Origin: Rhodothermales bacterium
GTDB taxonomy: Bacteria; Bacteroidota; Rhodothermia; Rhodothermales; JAHQVL01
Direction of reading: 5' to 3'
Length of the DNA: 64,000 bases
Assembly (NCBI GenBank): GCA_045106435.1
Contig: JBGCEN010000084.1
Span: forward strand, 9,231-73,230
The notes beneath the pieces were generated by a model. The model was given only the letters and a program-made list of their open reading frames with translations. It was not told where the DNA came from and searched no databases. The position numbers and the translations under genes are program-made. Below, piece by piece: positions 18,528 through 28,344 of this stretch; the stretch's first letter is position 1; the number at the start of each line of letters is the position of its first letter.

Positions 18528-18713
18528 AGTAATCAGTTGTCAGTTTTCAGTAATCAGTTGTCAGGTGGGTAGGACTGAGGACTGATTGCACAACATCTAG
18601 AATCAAGCGCTATCCGTAAATATGTCTGCCTCAAAAAATTATGTCATCGTCGGTATTCAGTGATCAGTTTTTAGATAATTAGACTGAATACTGATCACTG
18701 AAAACTGACAACT
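18528..18713. repeat. TCAGT/ACTGA-rich inverted-repeat element (largest copy of a dispersed family)
   Basis: Direct repeat agtaatcagttgtcag at 18528 and 18549. Its reverse complement partner ctgaaaactgacaact is at 18698-18713. There is an internal hairpin around 18655-18700. Related copies are at about 44874-44945 and 48430-48496. Confidence 0.7.
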
Positions 18714-18837
18714 TGAATTAAGACTCATCAAACCAAGTCGATTGATTTAATAAGGACGTCCCGGCTGCACTTCACCACTATGCACGCCACGCTATCACGC
18801 GTCCTGATTGGATTTCTCAAAGTAACTCTTGGTTCAG

Positions 18838-20784
18838 ATGCGCATCCCCCTCCCAGGGATCGTAACGCTCTATATGCTGCTGTTTGTTGGCTTGCAGTCT
18901 GTTACGGCCCAAACTCCCGGTGAATCTGTAAATACATTACCTGCCATGCGCCGGCATGCGGCACTTATTGATCAGGCGAGGCGCCTGGGCGACGTTCCAT
19001 TGCTTGTTCAAGTTAGCGATGTAGCGGGAAGAGCTGATGGAGGCTTCGGTAAACATCAAACAGAAACCGAGCGAATTGCCCATGTGGCAACCCATCAACG
19101 AGCTGTAATAGAGCAGTTGCCTGAAGGGACTGATGTCAAGACTTTTCAGCATATCCCGTTTGTGGCGTTGCAGGCAACGGAAGAAGTGCTCTTGCAGCTT
19201 TTGGATATGCCTGAGGTTGTGCTGGTTCAACAGGATGAACACTATGCCACACTGCTGGAAGAAAGTACAGCCGCAATAGGTGCATCAGCAGCATGGGATT
19301 ATGGCGGATCAGGGGCCGGCCAGGTCATCGCGGTCATTGATACTGGTATCGATGGTGCCCATCCTTTTCTGGAAGACAAGCTGGTGGACGAGGCCTGTTT
19401 CTCATCAAACTATACCAGTACGAGCAGCGATTTTGAATCTATTAGCCTGTGTCCTTCAGGAGAGGAGGATGCATTTGGGCCCGGGATGGGTGTGAATTGT
19501 GATCCTGCAATAGATGGATGTAGCCACGGGACGAGGGTCGCAGGTATTATTGCCGGCCGCTCTGAGTCTTTCTCTGGTGTGGCACGGGATGCTGATCTGC
19601 TTGCGCTTCAGGTATTTTCTCGCTTCGAAAATTATTGTGGAGAAGAATCGTGCGTCCGTTCGTGGGTTTCTGATCAGGTTGCGGCACTCGATTATGTTTA
19701 TCAGATGAAAGATTCGCTGAATATCACGGCGGTAAATTTGAGCCTTGGCGGTGGTCATTACACAGATGTGGAGACATGCGATGAAGTGAACCCGGCGATG
19801 CGTATTCTAATCGAGATGCTGCATGATGCCGAAATTGCAGTGATTGCCGCTGCCGGGAATAATGGCCTTACGGATGGGCTTGTATCTCCTGCGTGTCTTA
19901 CCAATGCAATTAGTGTAGGAGCAACCACAAAAGCTGACGATGTAGCTACGTTCTCCAGTAGTGCTGCTTTTCTTGATTTTCTTGCGCCAGGGCAAGATAT
20001 AACCACTTCTGTACCGGGTGGCGGGTTTGCTGCAAGTGCAGGGACCTCTTTTTCTGCGCCACATGTCGCCGGCGCCTGGGCCATCCTCAAAGGGTTTGCA
20101 CCCGATGCTACGATAGAGGAAATTCTGGCAAACTTTTCTGAAACGGGAATTCAAATAACGGATGATAGAAACGACGTAACAACGTCCCGTATTCAAGTTG
20201 ATCTTGCCTTGCAAGCTTCACAACTCCCCGTTGACCTTGTCTCCTTCGATGTAATTGCAAAAGGTGCATCCGTTTTACTCAACTGGGTTACTGCGAACGA
20301 AACCAACAACGCCGGCTTTGAAATTCAGCACAAAATTGGTTCGGAGTTTTTCGATTCGGGGTTTGTAAAAGGTCAGGGGACGCTCACTGAACGTACGGAA
20401 TACAATCACGATGTTCACGGTTTACCGCCGGGCTGGCACACCTTCCGGTTGAAGCAAATAGATTTTGACGGGGAATTCTCTTACAGCCTGGAGCAAAAGA
20501 TTTTTATAGAGATAGATGGCACTCACCATTTTGGCGCGGCATATCCCAATCCATTTAATCCCCAAACCCAGTTTTCACTGACAGTGGCCAATACACAGCA
20601 CGTGAACATCGCTGTGTACAACCTGATAGGAAAGCGTGTATCAACTCTGGCAAGTCAGCAACTGGAAGAAAACCAACTGCACTACTTCACACTCGACGGC
20701 AGTCAGCTTTCCAGCGGTATTTACCTCATCCAAATAACCGGAGAGAATTTCAAAACCGCCCGCAGTGTGACGCTTATGAAATAG
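18838..20784 (+). CDS. Subtilisin-like serine peptidase (S8) with T9SS C-terminal sorting domain
   Basis: Catalytic triad contexts VIAVIDTGID (Asp), SHGTRVAGIIAG (His) and GTSFSAPHVAGAWA (Ser). C-terminal module LPVDLVSF...WVTANETNNAGFEIQ...FRLKQIDFDGEFSYS plus CTD AYPNPFNPQTQFSLTV. ATG at 18838 is preferred over the TTG at 18829. Confidence 0.9.
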   Translation: MRIPLPGIVTLYMLLFVGLQSVTAQTPGESVNTLPAMRRHAALIDQARRLGDVPLLVQVSDVAGRADGGFGKHQTETERIAHVATHQRAVIEQLPEGTDVKTFQHIPFVALQATEEVLLQLLDMPEVVLVQQDEHYATLLEESTAAIGASAAWDYGGSGAGQVIAVIDTGIDGAHPFLEDKLVDEACFSSNYTSTSSDFESISLCPSGEEDAFGPGMGVNCDPAIDGCSHGTRVAGIIAGRSESFSGVARDADLLALQVFSRFENYCGEESCVRSWVSDQVAALDYVYQMKDSLNITAVNLSLGGGHYTDVETCDEVNPAMRILIEMLHDAEIAVIAAAGNNGLTDGLVSPACLTNAISVGATTKADDVATFSSSAAFLDFLAPGQDITTSVPGGGFAASAGTSFSAPHVAGAWAILKGFAPDATIEEILANFSETGIQITDDRNDVTTSRIQVDLALQASQLPVDLVSFDVIAKGASVLLNWVTANETNNAGFEIQHKIGSEFFDSGFVKGQGTLTERTEYNHDVHGLPPGWHTFRLKQIDFDGEFSYSLEQKIFIEIDGTHHFGAAYPNPFNPQTQFSLTVANTQHVNIAVYNLIGKRVSTLASQQLEENQLHYFTLDGSQLSSGIYLIQITGENFKTARSVTLMK

Positions 20785-20791
20785 ACCTTTT

Positions 20792-20876
20792 GGAAGTCAA
20801 AAGTCAAAAGTTAAAAGTCAAAAAGAAAGGCAAAGGTCTAAACAATTACGTTTTGACTTTTGCCTTTTAACTTTCC
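20792..20876. terminator. Imperfect long hairpin built from AAGTCAAA-type repeats, between convergent genes
   Basis: ggaagtcaaaagtcaaaagttaaaagtcaaaaag ... cgttttgacttttgccttttaactttcc. Confidence 0.55.
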
Positions 20877-20887
20877 AGAAGAAAAAA

Positions 20888-22747
20888 CTACTTTTTTTCT
20901 TCTGGAGGCATTTCCACGCGAATATGCAGATCCTTGAGTTGGTGATCATCCACAATGTCTGGAGAGGACACCATGAGCTCTTGGGCAGACTGCGTTTTAG
21001 GGAAGGCGATGACGTCGCGGATGTTTTCGGTGCCGGCCATGATCATGGCAATGCGGTCCAGTCCCATCGCGATGCCGCCGTGCGGTGGCGCGCCATATTC
21101 AAGGGCTTCGAGTAAAAAGCCGAAGCGACGACTGGCTTCTTCCTCTTCTATGTTCAGCAGTTTGAACATCTGGTTCTGGATTTCGCGGCTATGAATCCTG
21201 ATGGATCCACCGCCAATCTCATGACCATTAAGAACAAGGTCGTACGCGCGTGCACGCACAGCGCCCGGTTCTTCAAACAGCTTGTCGAAGTCTTCTGGAA
21301 GTGGTGAGGTAAACGGATGATGCATCGCATGAAAACGCTGCCCATCTTCATCCCAGTCAAGGAGAGGGAAGTCTGTGACCCAAAGGAAATTCCATGGACC
21401 AGCATCTCCTGCAGGAATCATGTTTAAGTCTTTAGCCAAATGGAGGCGCAGCGTGCCCATTTGCTCAAAAACTTTAGGATCTGTTCCTGCGAGTACCAAG
21501 ACAAGGTCGCCGGCTTCAGCGCCGACTGTTTTAACGGCATTATCTACAAATTCAGTTGGCAACACTTCTGCTTTAACAGAGCAGTGAATTGCTGAGCCGT
21601 CAGAAGGCAGTTTAAAGTAAACAAGGCCGCCGGCACCGATGCGCTTGCGCACGATGTCTTTGTCGAGACGGTCCATTGCGCCGCGTCCTCTGTCTCCTTC
21701 TCCCGGTACCTTGATGGCAACGATCTTGCCACCCGAGTCGATCACGTTATCGAATACCCGGAAGCCAGATCCTTCAAAATCTTTACTGATGTCGTGTATT
21801 TCAAGTCCGAAGCGCAGGTCTGGCTTATCGCTTCCGTAACGGTGTACGGCGTCGTGATAAGACATCCGCGGGAATGGGACCGGTACTTCGATTCCTTTAG
21901 ATTCACGGAAGAGCGAAGACATCAAATCTTCAATCAAGCTGTAGATGATTTCTTCCGTTGCAAAAGAAATCTCGACGTCCACCTGGGTGAATTCTGGCTG
22001 GCGGTCAGCGCGTAAGTCTTCATCGCGAAAACACTTTACAATCTGAAAATAGCGGTCGAGGCCGGCAATCATCAGGATTTGCTTGTAGGTTTGTGGCGAC
22101 TGTGGCAGGGCATAGAACTGGCCGGCATGAATACGGCTGGGTACGAGGAAGTCGCGCGCGCCTTCGGGCGTTGACTTCATGAGCATGGGGGTTTCCACTT
22201 CGAGGAAGCCATGCTTAACAAAAACACTGCGGGTTGTCTGGTAAATGTGATGGCGCAGTACAAGTTTTTCTAATAACTCAGGCCGACGTAGATCCAGATA
22301 TCTGTAGCGGAGACGTAATTCCTCATTGGCCAACTTCCGCTTTTCTTCGTGCGAAGAGACAGCAAAAGGAACTGGCTGCGAGGTATTTAAAATAAACAGG
22401 CTTTGGACGCTCACTTCAACAGAACCTGTTGGAAGCTTTTGGTTTTTGGTCTCTTCAGATCTTGGGCGCACAAGGCCCTCTATAGAGATGACATCTTCCG
22501 TGCGTAAACTTTCAGCTTTGTTATACGCTTCCTGATTATCCTGAGGAGATAAAACAATTTGTGTCAGACCATAACGATCTCGCAGGTCAATAAAAATTAC
22601 GCCGCCAAGGTCACGTCGTGTATCGACCCATCCTTTTAGCACGACGTTTTGTCCAACGTTAGATTCACGCAGTTCGCCACAGTTGTTAGAACGTTGTGGG
22701 TGCGCGTCTACTTCTGAAATTAATCGTATGGTTTGCTGTTCTGCCAT
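20888..22747 (-). CDS. aspS: Aspartate--tRNA ligase
   Basis: 619 aa with full-length similarity to bacterial AspRS. N-terminal OB-fold region (VVLKGWVDTRRDLGGVIFIDLRDRYG), motif 2 FRDEDLRADRQPEFTQVD, and motif 3 region PHGGIAMGLDR. Confidence 0.95.
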   Translation of the reverse strand: MAEQQTIRLISEVDAHPQRSNNCGELRESNVGQNVVLKGWVDTRRDLGGVIFIDLRDRYGLTQIVLSPQDNQEAYNKAESLRTEDVISIEGLVRPRSEETKNQKLPTGSVEVSVQSLFILNTSQPVPFAVSSHEEKRKLANEELRLRYRYLDLRRPELLEKLVLRHHIYQTTRSVFVKHGFLEVETPMLMKSTPEGARDFLVPSRIHAGQFYALPQSPQTYKQILMIAGLDRYFQIVKCFRDEDLRADRQPEFTQVDVEISFATEEIIYSLIEDLMSSLFRESKGIEVPVPFPRMSYHDAVHRYGSDKPDLRFGLEIHDISKDFEGSGFRVFDNVIDSGGKIVAIKVPGEGDRGRGAMDRLDKDIVRKRIGAGGLVYFKLPSDGSAIHCSVKAEVLPTEFVDNAVKTVGAEAGDLVLVLAGTDPKVFEQMGTLRLHLAKDLNMIPAGDAGPWNFLWVTDFPLLDWDEDGQRFHAMHHPFTSPLPEDFDKLFEEPGAVRARAYDLVLNGHEIGGGSIRIHSREIQNQMFKLLNIEEEEASRRFGFLLEALEYGAPPHGGIAMGLDRIAMIMAGTENIRDVIAFPKTQSAQELMVSSPDIVDDHQLKDLHIRVEMPPEEKK

Positions 22748-23059
22748 TTTATCTCATTCACGTTACAGGTTGCCAGTTTTATTAGGAGATGTTGCTGGAC
22801 GGACCAGAGACAATCAATATCAAACTTGCAACCAAACACAGAATGAATTCTGTGTTTGTGTATAGCTATTAGCCTTCAGAACTATTAGAATTAGTGCTGA
22901 TTGCCGAACTGTGTTTACCCGGTTGACCATCATTTGCCGGCCAATTTCGAATTTGGGTTGTAGATTACAGCGGAGCTGCGTGATTGGTTGCACACTTCTG
23001 TGAAAAAAGCCCTTCCATCACGCGAAATATATTTCTACCGATTAATCTGGGAATTTTAA

Positions 23060-24568
23060 ATGCAGGAATTGATCACAAATCCGTTCATCATGGCATCGCT
23101 GGTATACCTGCTGGCGTTGCTTGGTGTCGGTTATTACAAGAGCCGTGTTGTAAAGACGAGTGAAGACTTTATGGTAGCGGGCAGATCGCTGCCGTGGTAT
23201 ATCCTGGTGGGTACCTTGCTGGCTACCTGGGTAGGAAACGGGTCGCTATTTGGCGGGGCCGGGCTGGGTTATCGAAATGGATTGGCAAGCCTCTGGTACA
23301 GTGTTGGGGCCTGGGTGGGGATCGTTATCGTGTACTTTATTGCACGCAGGATCAGGAATTTCGGGCAGGTGACCGTACCGGATATCTTCGAAGCCCGATA
23401 TGGAAAAGCTTCAAGGGTGTTGGCTACACTGATTACTGTTGTCGCCTATTTAACCATCGTGTCCTATCAGTTTAAAGGCGGTGGTCGAATCATCTCCATT
23501 ATGACGGAAGGTGCTATTACGATTCAGACCGGAATCATTATTACGGCCCTTTTTGCCATTTCATACACGGTGCTGGCCGGCATGCTTTCAGTGGTTTATA
23601 CGGATGTCATCAACGGCGTGTTAATGACAACCGGTGTGCTGGTAGGACTTGGTTTTTTGCTTTATCAGGTAGGTGGGATAGACGTTGTCATCGATGCTGC
23701 GCAGGATAATGGTAAATGGTCAGTGTTTGGTAATTGGGCTGATGAACGTGAGAATGTGAGTTCGGGGCCTATCATTGCATTTTCTTTCCTGATACCCACG
23801 ATGTTGCTGTTGCTGGGTGATGCGAATATGTACCAACGTATATTTAGTGCTGAAGATAGTGGACAGGCGCAGAAAGCCGTTTTCTTTTGGGTAATAGGTG
23901 TCATTATTCTAGAGACCAGTTTTCAGTTATTCGGTCTCGTTGGTAGTGTCGCAGTTGATCAGGGTTTGATTACAGATTTGTATGAGACAGGTCGCTCCGG
24001 CACCGAGAATATTATCCCGGCTGCAGCTGCACAAGCGCTGCCGATGCTCCTGGGGATGGTGATGGTCGCAACCATGATGGCTGTGATTGTGTCAACTGCT
24101 GACTCCTTTCTGCTCGTACCCGCTACAAATCTGACACGCGACGTTGTGCAGCGTTTTATCAAGCCAGACATGAGCGAAAAAATGGTTGTGCTTATGGGTA
24201 GGGGCTGGGTATTGTTACTGGGTTTCATTGCCTATATGCTTGTGGAGCAATTCCCAACAATTCTTGATGCTGCCTATACAGCCTATCTGATTTATGGCGC
24301 AGCCATTACACCACCACTCATTGCTGCTTTTATGTGGAAACGCGTTACGTGGCAAGGTGCAGTTTCAAGTATCCTTGCGGGAAGCTTTACTACATTGATT
24401 TGGACATTTTACCTGTCGAAGCAGACTTATTATGCCGATTGGAGTCCTTTTCTGCAGGAGGCAACTTATCCAGCCGTTGCGCTGTCCATACTCGCCCTTG
24501 TAGGCGTCAGCCTTGTTACGCCAAAGCCGGCTGAAGAAGTATGGAAACCATTCTTTAACAACGAATAG
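23060..24568 (+). CDS. Sodium:solute symporter family (SSF) transporter
   Basis: 502-aa polytopic membrane protein. N-terminal DFMVAGRSLPWY... and the overall pattern are typical of SSF. Substrate unknown. Confidence 0.8.
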   Translation: MQELITNPFIMASLVYLLALLGVGYYKSRVVKTSEDFMVAGRSLPWYILVGTLLATWVGNGSLFGGAGLGYRNGLASLWYSVGAWVGIVIVYFIARRIRNFGQVTVPDIFEARYGKASRVLATLITVVAYLTIVSYQFKGGGRIISIMTEGAITIQTGIIITALFAISYTVLAGMLSVVYTDVINGVLMTTGVLVGLGFLLYQVGGIDVVIDAAQDNGKWSVFGNWADERENVSSGPIIAFSFLIPTMLLLLGDANMYQRIFSAEDSGQAQKAVFFWVIGVIILETSFQLFGLVGSVAVDQGLITDLYETGRSGTENIIPAAAAQALPMLLGMVMVATMMAVIVSTADSFLLVPATNLTRDVVQRFIKPDMSEKMVVLMGRGWVLLLGFIAYMLVEQFPTILDAAYTAYLIYGAAITPPLIAAFMWKRVTWQGAVSSILAGSFTTLIWTFYLSKQTYYADWSPFLQEATYPAVALSILALVGVSLVTPKPAEEVWKPFFNNE

Positions 24569-24596
24569 ACCATTCTAAACATTTTATTGCAAGTAG

Positions 24597-25055
24597 ATGC
24601 CAAACAGAATTAGCGTACCCTTAAAACGATTGCCTCATGCTGAGGGGCTGGATTTACCTTTTTATGCAACCCCGCAAAGCGCCGGCATGGATTTGCGTGC
24701 TGCTGTACCAGAAGATGAGCCGATGATCATCGGTCCGGGCGAGGTCGTATTGGTGCCCACAGGGCTTCAGATCGCTTTGCCGGCGGGATACGAAGCGCAA
24801 GTCCGTCCACGCAGTGGCTTGGCTGTTAAGCACAAAATAACGGTGCTGAACAGTCCAGGCACCATCGATAGTGATTATCGGGGAGAATGCAAGGTGATCC
24901 TTATTAACCACGGTAAAGAAGCATTCTCCATTCAGCGCGGGGAACGCATCGCACAAATGGTCATTGCTGCACATGAGCAGGTGGCCTGGGAAGAACGGGA
25001 GAGCCTGGAGGAGACGGAACGGGGGGCTGGAGGATTTGGCTCTACTGGGGTTTGA
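24597..25055 (+). CDS. dut: dUTP diphosphatase
   Basis: Conserved dUTPase motifs [28 protein letters not shown] and the C-terminal GGFGSTG. Confidence 0.95.
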   Translation: MPNRISVPLKRLPHAEGLDLPFYATPQSAGMDLRAAVPEDEPMIIGPGEVVLVPTGLQIALPAGYEAQVRPRSGLAVKHKITVLNSPGTIDSDYRGECKVILINHGKEAFSIQRGERIAQMVIAAHEQVAWEERESLEETERGAGGFGSTGV

Positions 25056-25089
25056 AAAAGGGAATTTAGAACAGCAGCATGTAAAATGT

Positions 25090-25136
25090 AAAACCGCAGA
25101 AGGAGAGGTGAACGCCCTCCCTTCTGCGGTTTTTAA
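25090..25136. terminator. Bidirectional rho-independent terminator between dut and the convergent outer-membrane protein gene
   Basis: Stem accgcagaagg / ccttctgcggt, flanked by aaaa upstream and ttttaatttt downstream. Confidence 0.8.
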
Positions 25137-25161
25137 TTTTATATACTTGTTCTGCTGTTTA

Positions 25162-27084
25162 CTAAAACGTCGGCGTAAGTCTTAACCACAATGTCGGGTC
25201 TTTCTGTCCACCAACCTCTTTGAGTGGCCACGCGAGTTCGAGGCGGATGGCCCGGTCTGCGAAGCTGAGGCCAACACCGGCTGCGGGCAGGATATCATTG
25301 ATATCAAAAGTATCGGTACCATTGTTATTCACCCAGCCGGCATCTCCAAATCCAAACAACTGGACATCACTGAAGATGTCGTCAAGTGGAGAGATGTTCG
25401 CAATTGTGTACTCGACATTGCCCAGCAACATACGCGTGCCGTAGAATGCATTCTGCGGGTAAGCACGTACAGATCCTACGCCACCCAGCGTAAATAACTT
25501 CTGGATAGGCGCATTCTCGGATGCATACCCACCGCGGAAGCGGAAGCCAAGACTGCTGCCGTAGCCAAATGGGATGTAGAATCGCATGTCTCCCAGGTAA
25601 CGAGAGAAACTGAAGTCGCCACCAAGCCCATCGCCAATTTCGCCTTCAAATCGGAAGGCTGAACCTCTGGGTACGCTGTGCAATCCTGAAAGCTGACCGC
25701 CTTCAAGTGCGATGACAACAGAGTTCATTTGCCCTTCGCTTACGAGGGGGTTGAATCTGAAATTGCGTCCGCCAAATAGCGACCAATCTGCTTTGTTTTG
25801 CAGGCTGCCGTATTCTTCAGAACGATATCCCACGCTCAACTGTGCATAGGCAGAGAGTCGCTGAATGGCATAAGCCGAGATACCTTGGACATTGTAATAG
25901 TCGAGGAAATCGTATTCGAATAACATGGCTGCAATGGAGTTTTCAACCCAATTGACTTTCCAGATGTCGTTCGTTGTGGTATTGTCACGATAAGAGACAC
26001 CGAGTTTGAAATCAAAATCGTCGTCCAGGTAGGGGAATGGGCGTACTTCAGCGCCCACTTCATAGCGTACATCTTTGAGTGCAAAGGCGTAGCCGGCCTG
26101 TCCGTAAATTTTTGCGGATTCCCAATCGCCCCATTCCAATGGCATCAATCTGCCGCCAAGTACAAGTCCTTCAACTCTATTGTAACGGATTGCAGGGATT
26201 GGGCGGTATAAAGCGGTTTCTCTGTAAGGCCAGCGATTGTAGAATTCGCCTACATAAGCGTCTGCATAGTCAAAATCATCAAATGGAGATTGTGCTTTCT
26301 CGCGGTAGCGATGGTAGGTCCATGTACTGGTTTCGTGGCGAACCTCATCTTTTGCTTCTTCAACCGCCATTCTCGCTTCTGAAATACCTGAGCGGACTTC
26401 GTCCATGGCTTCGTTGTAGGAAACGCGTACATCAGTCATTGTATCGCGCGCATCATTACTCCTGCTGTCCTCCCTGTCATTCTCAGTGTCGCCACTTCCT
26501 ACTTTGCGGCCGCCTCTATATGCACCCGGTTTTAGCCATGGATCATTTGTATTGTTGTTCTCGATCTCTGCATCTGCAATGGTAGGAGCTGTTTGTTCAG
26601 AGAAAATCATCCTGCGGGTTTGTACAACCGCGCTGTCAATGCCTTTTTCAACCGGTTGGAGTCGGTCTGCCAACTCATAGTCATTTTCAGCCTCAAGTGT
26701 TCTGCGAATGTCCCGGATCTGATCAGATAACTCGCTGAGAGTATTTTCGAGGGTCTGAAGATCTGAAATAGACGTAGGCATTGGGGCTGCCTCGTTGTTT
26801 GCTTTTGCAGCTGCCGTCAGAGATGTATTTGGTAAAGACTGATTTACTGCATTCAGCCTGGATGCAAGGTCCTGCAACTCAGATTGAACGCTGCTCCCCT
26901 CATTTCTTAGTGTGGCCGTTTTAATGACCTTAACCATGGTACCAAGCGCAGATTCAATGACATTTCGCTCTGCTTTGTATTCATCAGCAGATAATGAATC
27001 GGCTTCCTGTGCCTGAAGGGTGGTGGGTGTAATAAGGAGAATGGCCAGGAGGCTGAAAAAGAAGTAGTAGCAACGATTGTTCAT
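25162..27084 (-). CDS. Outer-membrane beta-barrel protein of the Omp85/surface-antigen (D15) type with a long coiled-coil/acidic N-terminal region
   Basis: Signal peptide (LLAILLITPTTLQAQ). The C-terminal half has alternating beta-strand patterns, FTLGGVGSVRAYP...GNVEY, and a terminal ...LRLTPTF (C-terminal Phe). I did not recognise POTRA repeats by eye. Confidence 0.6.
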   Translation of the reverse strand: MNNRCYYFFFSLLAILLITPTTLQAQEADSLSADEYKAERNVIESALGTMVKVIKTATLRNEGSSVQSELQDLASRLNAVNQSLPNTSLTAAAKANNEAAPMPTSISDLQTLENTLSELSDQIRDIRRTLEAENDYELADRLQPVEKGIDSAVVQTRRMIFSEQTAPTIADAEIENNNTNDPWLKPGAYRGGRKVGSGDTENDREDSRSNDARDTMTDVRVSYNEAMDEVRSGISEARMAVEEAKDEVRHETSTWTYHRYREKAQSPFDDFDYADAYVGEFYNRWPYRETALYRPIPAIRYNRVEGLVLGGRLMPLEWGDWESAKIYGQAGYAFALKDVRYEVGAEVRPFPYLDDDFDFKLGVSYRDNTTTNDIWKVNWVENSIAAMLFEYDFLDYYNVQGISAYAIQRLSAYAQLSVGYRSEEYGSLQNKADWSLFGGRNFRFNPLVSEGQMNSVVIALEGGQLSGLHSVPRGSAFRFEGEIGDGLGGDFSFSRYLGDMRFYIPFGYGSSLGFRFRGGYASENAPIQKLFTLGGVGSVRAYPQNAFYGTRMLLGNVEYTIANISPLDDIFSDVQLFGFGDAGWVNNNGTDTFDINDILPAAGVGLSFADRAIRLELAWPLKEVGGQKDPTLWLRLTPTF

Positions 27085-27195
27085 GGGCTCGGATATATGG
27101 TGTTTACAAACAATAACCCTGAAAAGTCAGAGAACATCAATAAGTACGCGCCAGAAAAAAGGAAGGTTACAAGTTAATTTGGTTTAGCCTTTAGG

Positions 27196-28344
27196 TTATT
27201 GCCTGGCCAGGAGTGCTTTCCATTGATTTTGTACGTAACTGGGGCTAAAAGCTGTGTTGAATTTATCATATGCATTGTTCGAGAAGCGTGTCCATCTTTC
27301 TATATCTGTTAAAGTTGTTACTGCATCAGCAATAGAAGAGGGAGCCTGTGCGGGTACAAACAAGCCTTCCACGTTATTCTGAAGCATCTCGGGAATTCCA
27401 GAATGAGCGGTTGTAATAATTGGGGTGCCGGCATTCATGGCTTCCAACAGCACCAGCGGCTGAGCTTCGGTGGGATAATAGGTTGGTAAAAGGAATGTGT
27501 CGGCCCACAAATGCAGCTTTTTAACTTGTGCCCGATCTGAAACCGGACCCAGGTGCTCTACAATATCGGTAAGGTTGTTTTCTTTGAGGTAGGCTTCAAA
27601 TTGAATATTGTCTTCATCCCGAAGCCATCGGCCGGCAAACCTAGCCTTGCATCGTACGCCTTGCTTATTCAGTAAATTAATTGCTTTCAGTACATCCCAA
27701 TAGCCCTTAGACTCGATCATATTGCTCAGGTATAACAGCCTGATCGTTTGGCGACTGGCTCTGTCTGTTTGCCTGTTTGTTTGCCTGTTGGTTTGTTTCT
27801 CAGCAATTTCCTCTGCTGATGCGCAGACTGCGTCGTCAATGGTATTGGGAATGACCAGTCTTTGCTCAGGTGATAACCAGTCCGCACACTTATCTGCCAG
27901 TTGTTTGTTTAAAAAAACGATGCCTTCGAGTCGCTTAACCAGTACTTTTGCAGACAAGGCTGTTGCTGGTGAGCGAAACAGGCGATCAAAATTACCCCAA
28001 TGCGAAAGCGCGAGAATTCTTTTTGTGGCATTTAACGCAGGATATATGGTGAGCATGTCACGCGTGTGGCCCAGGAGCTGAGGGGAGATTGACGTCCATA
28101 AAAGCGTGCTGCCGGCATGGGCATGAAGATGTTGTTTTAGCCTTTTACCCCCACGTAAATATCTGCGAATCTTCTCCGTGCCCACAGAAGCCCTCGTCTC
28201 TACTTTCCCTTTGTGTCCTTCAATCAAATTGATGCAATCAACGGGTTGGAGTGGGGAGATGAGATCCGCCAAACGTTGCGTAGCCATTGTCTGGCCGGTA
28301 ATTGGGGGCGGAAAATATCCTGCAACACAAATCCTGTCACTCAT
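27196..28344 (-). CDS. Glycosyltransferase (GT4-like, GT-B fold)
   Basis: The C-terminal half has the E-x7-E-type region LLPTYYPTEAQPLVLLEAMNAGTPIITT. The inter-domain linker contains the low-complexity stretch QTNRQTNRQTDRASRQT, encoded by a short tandem DNA repeat near 27755-27800. Confidence 0.8.
   Translation of the reverse strand: MSDRICVAGYFPPPITGQTMATQRLADLISPLQPVDCINLIEGHKGKVETRASVGTEKIRRYLRGGKRLKQHLHAHAGSTLLWTSISPQLLGHTRDMLTIYPALNATKRILALSHWGNFDRLFRSPATALSAKVLVKRLEGIVFLNKQLADKCADWLSPEQRLVIPNTIDDAVCASAEEIAEKQTNRQTNRQTDRASRQTIRLLYLSNMIESKGYWDVLKAINLLNKQGVRCKARFAGRWLRDEDNIQFEAYLKENNLTDIVEHLGPVSDRAQVKKLHLWADTFLLPTYYPTEAQPLVLLEAMNAGTPIITTAHSGIPEMLQNNVEGLFVPAQAPSSIADAVTTLTDIERWTRFSNNAYDKFNTAFSPSYVQNQWKALLARQ

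Noticed and set aside
22834-22857. A 10-bp-stem hairpin (aaacacagaa-tgaa-ttctgtgttt) about 90 nt upstream of aspS, as a possible T-box-like or attenuator leader
   Set aside because: It is too short and lacks specifier or antiterminator features. It could equally be a protein operator in the divergent aspS/symporter promoter region. The sequence alone does not support either reading.
27722-28081. Plus-strand ORF 27722..28081, and the repeat ctgtttgcctgtttgtttgcctgttggtttg as a possible non-coding repeat
   Set aside because: It is antisense to a well-supported GT4 gene. The repeat is in frame on the minus strand (QTNRQTNRQTDR linker).
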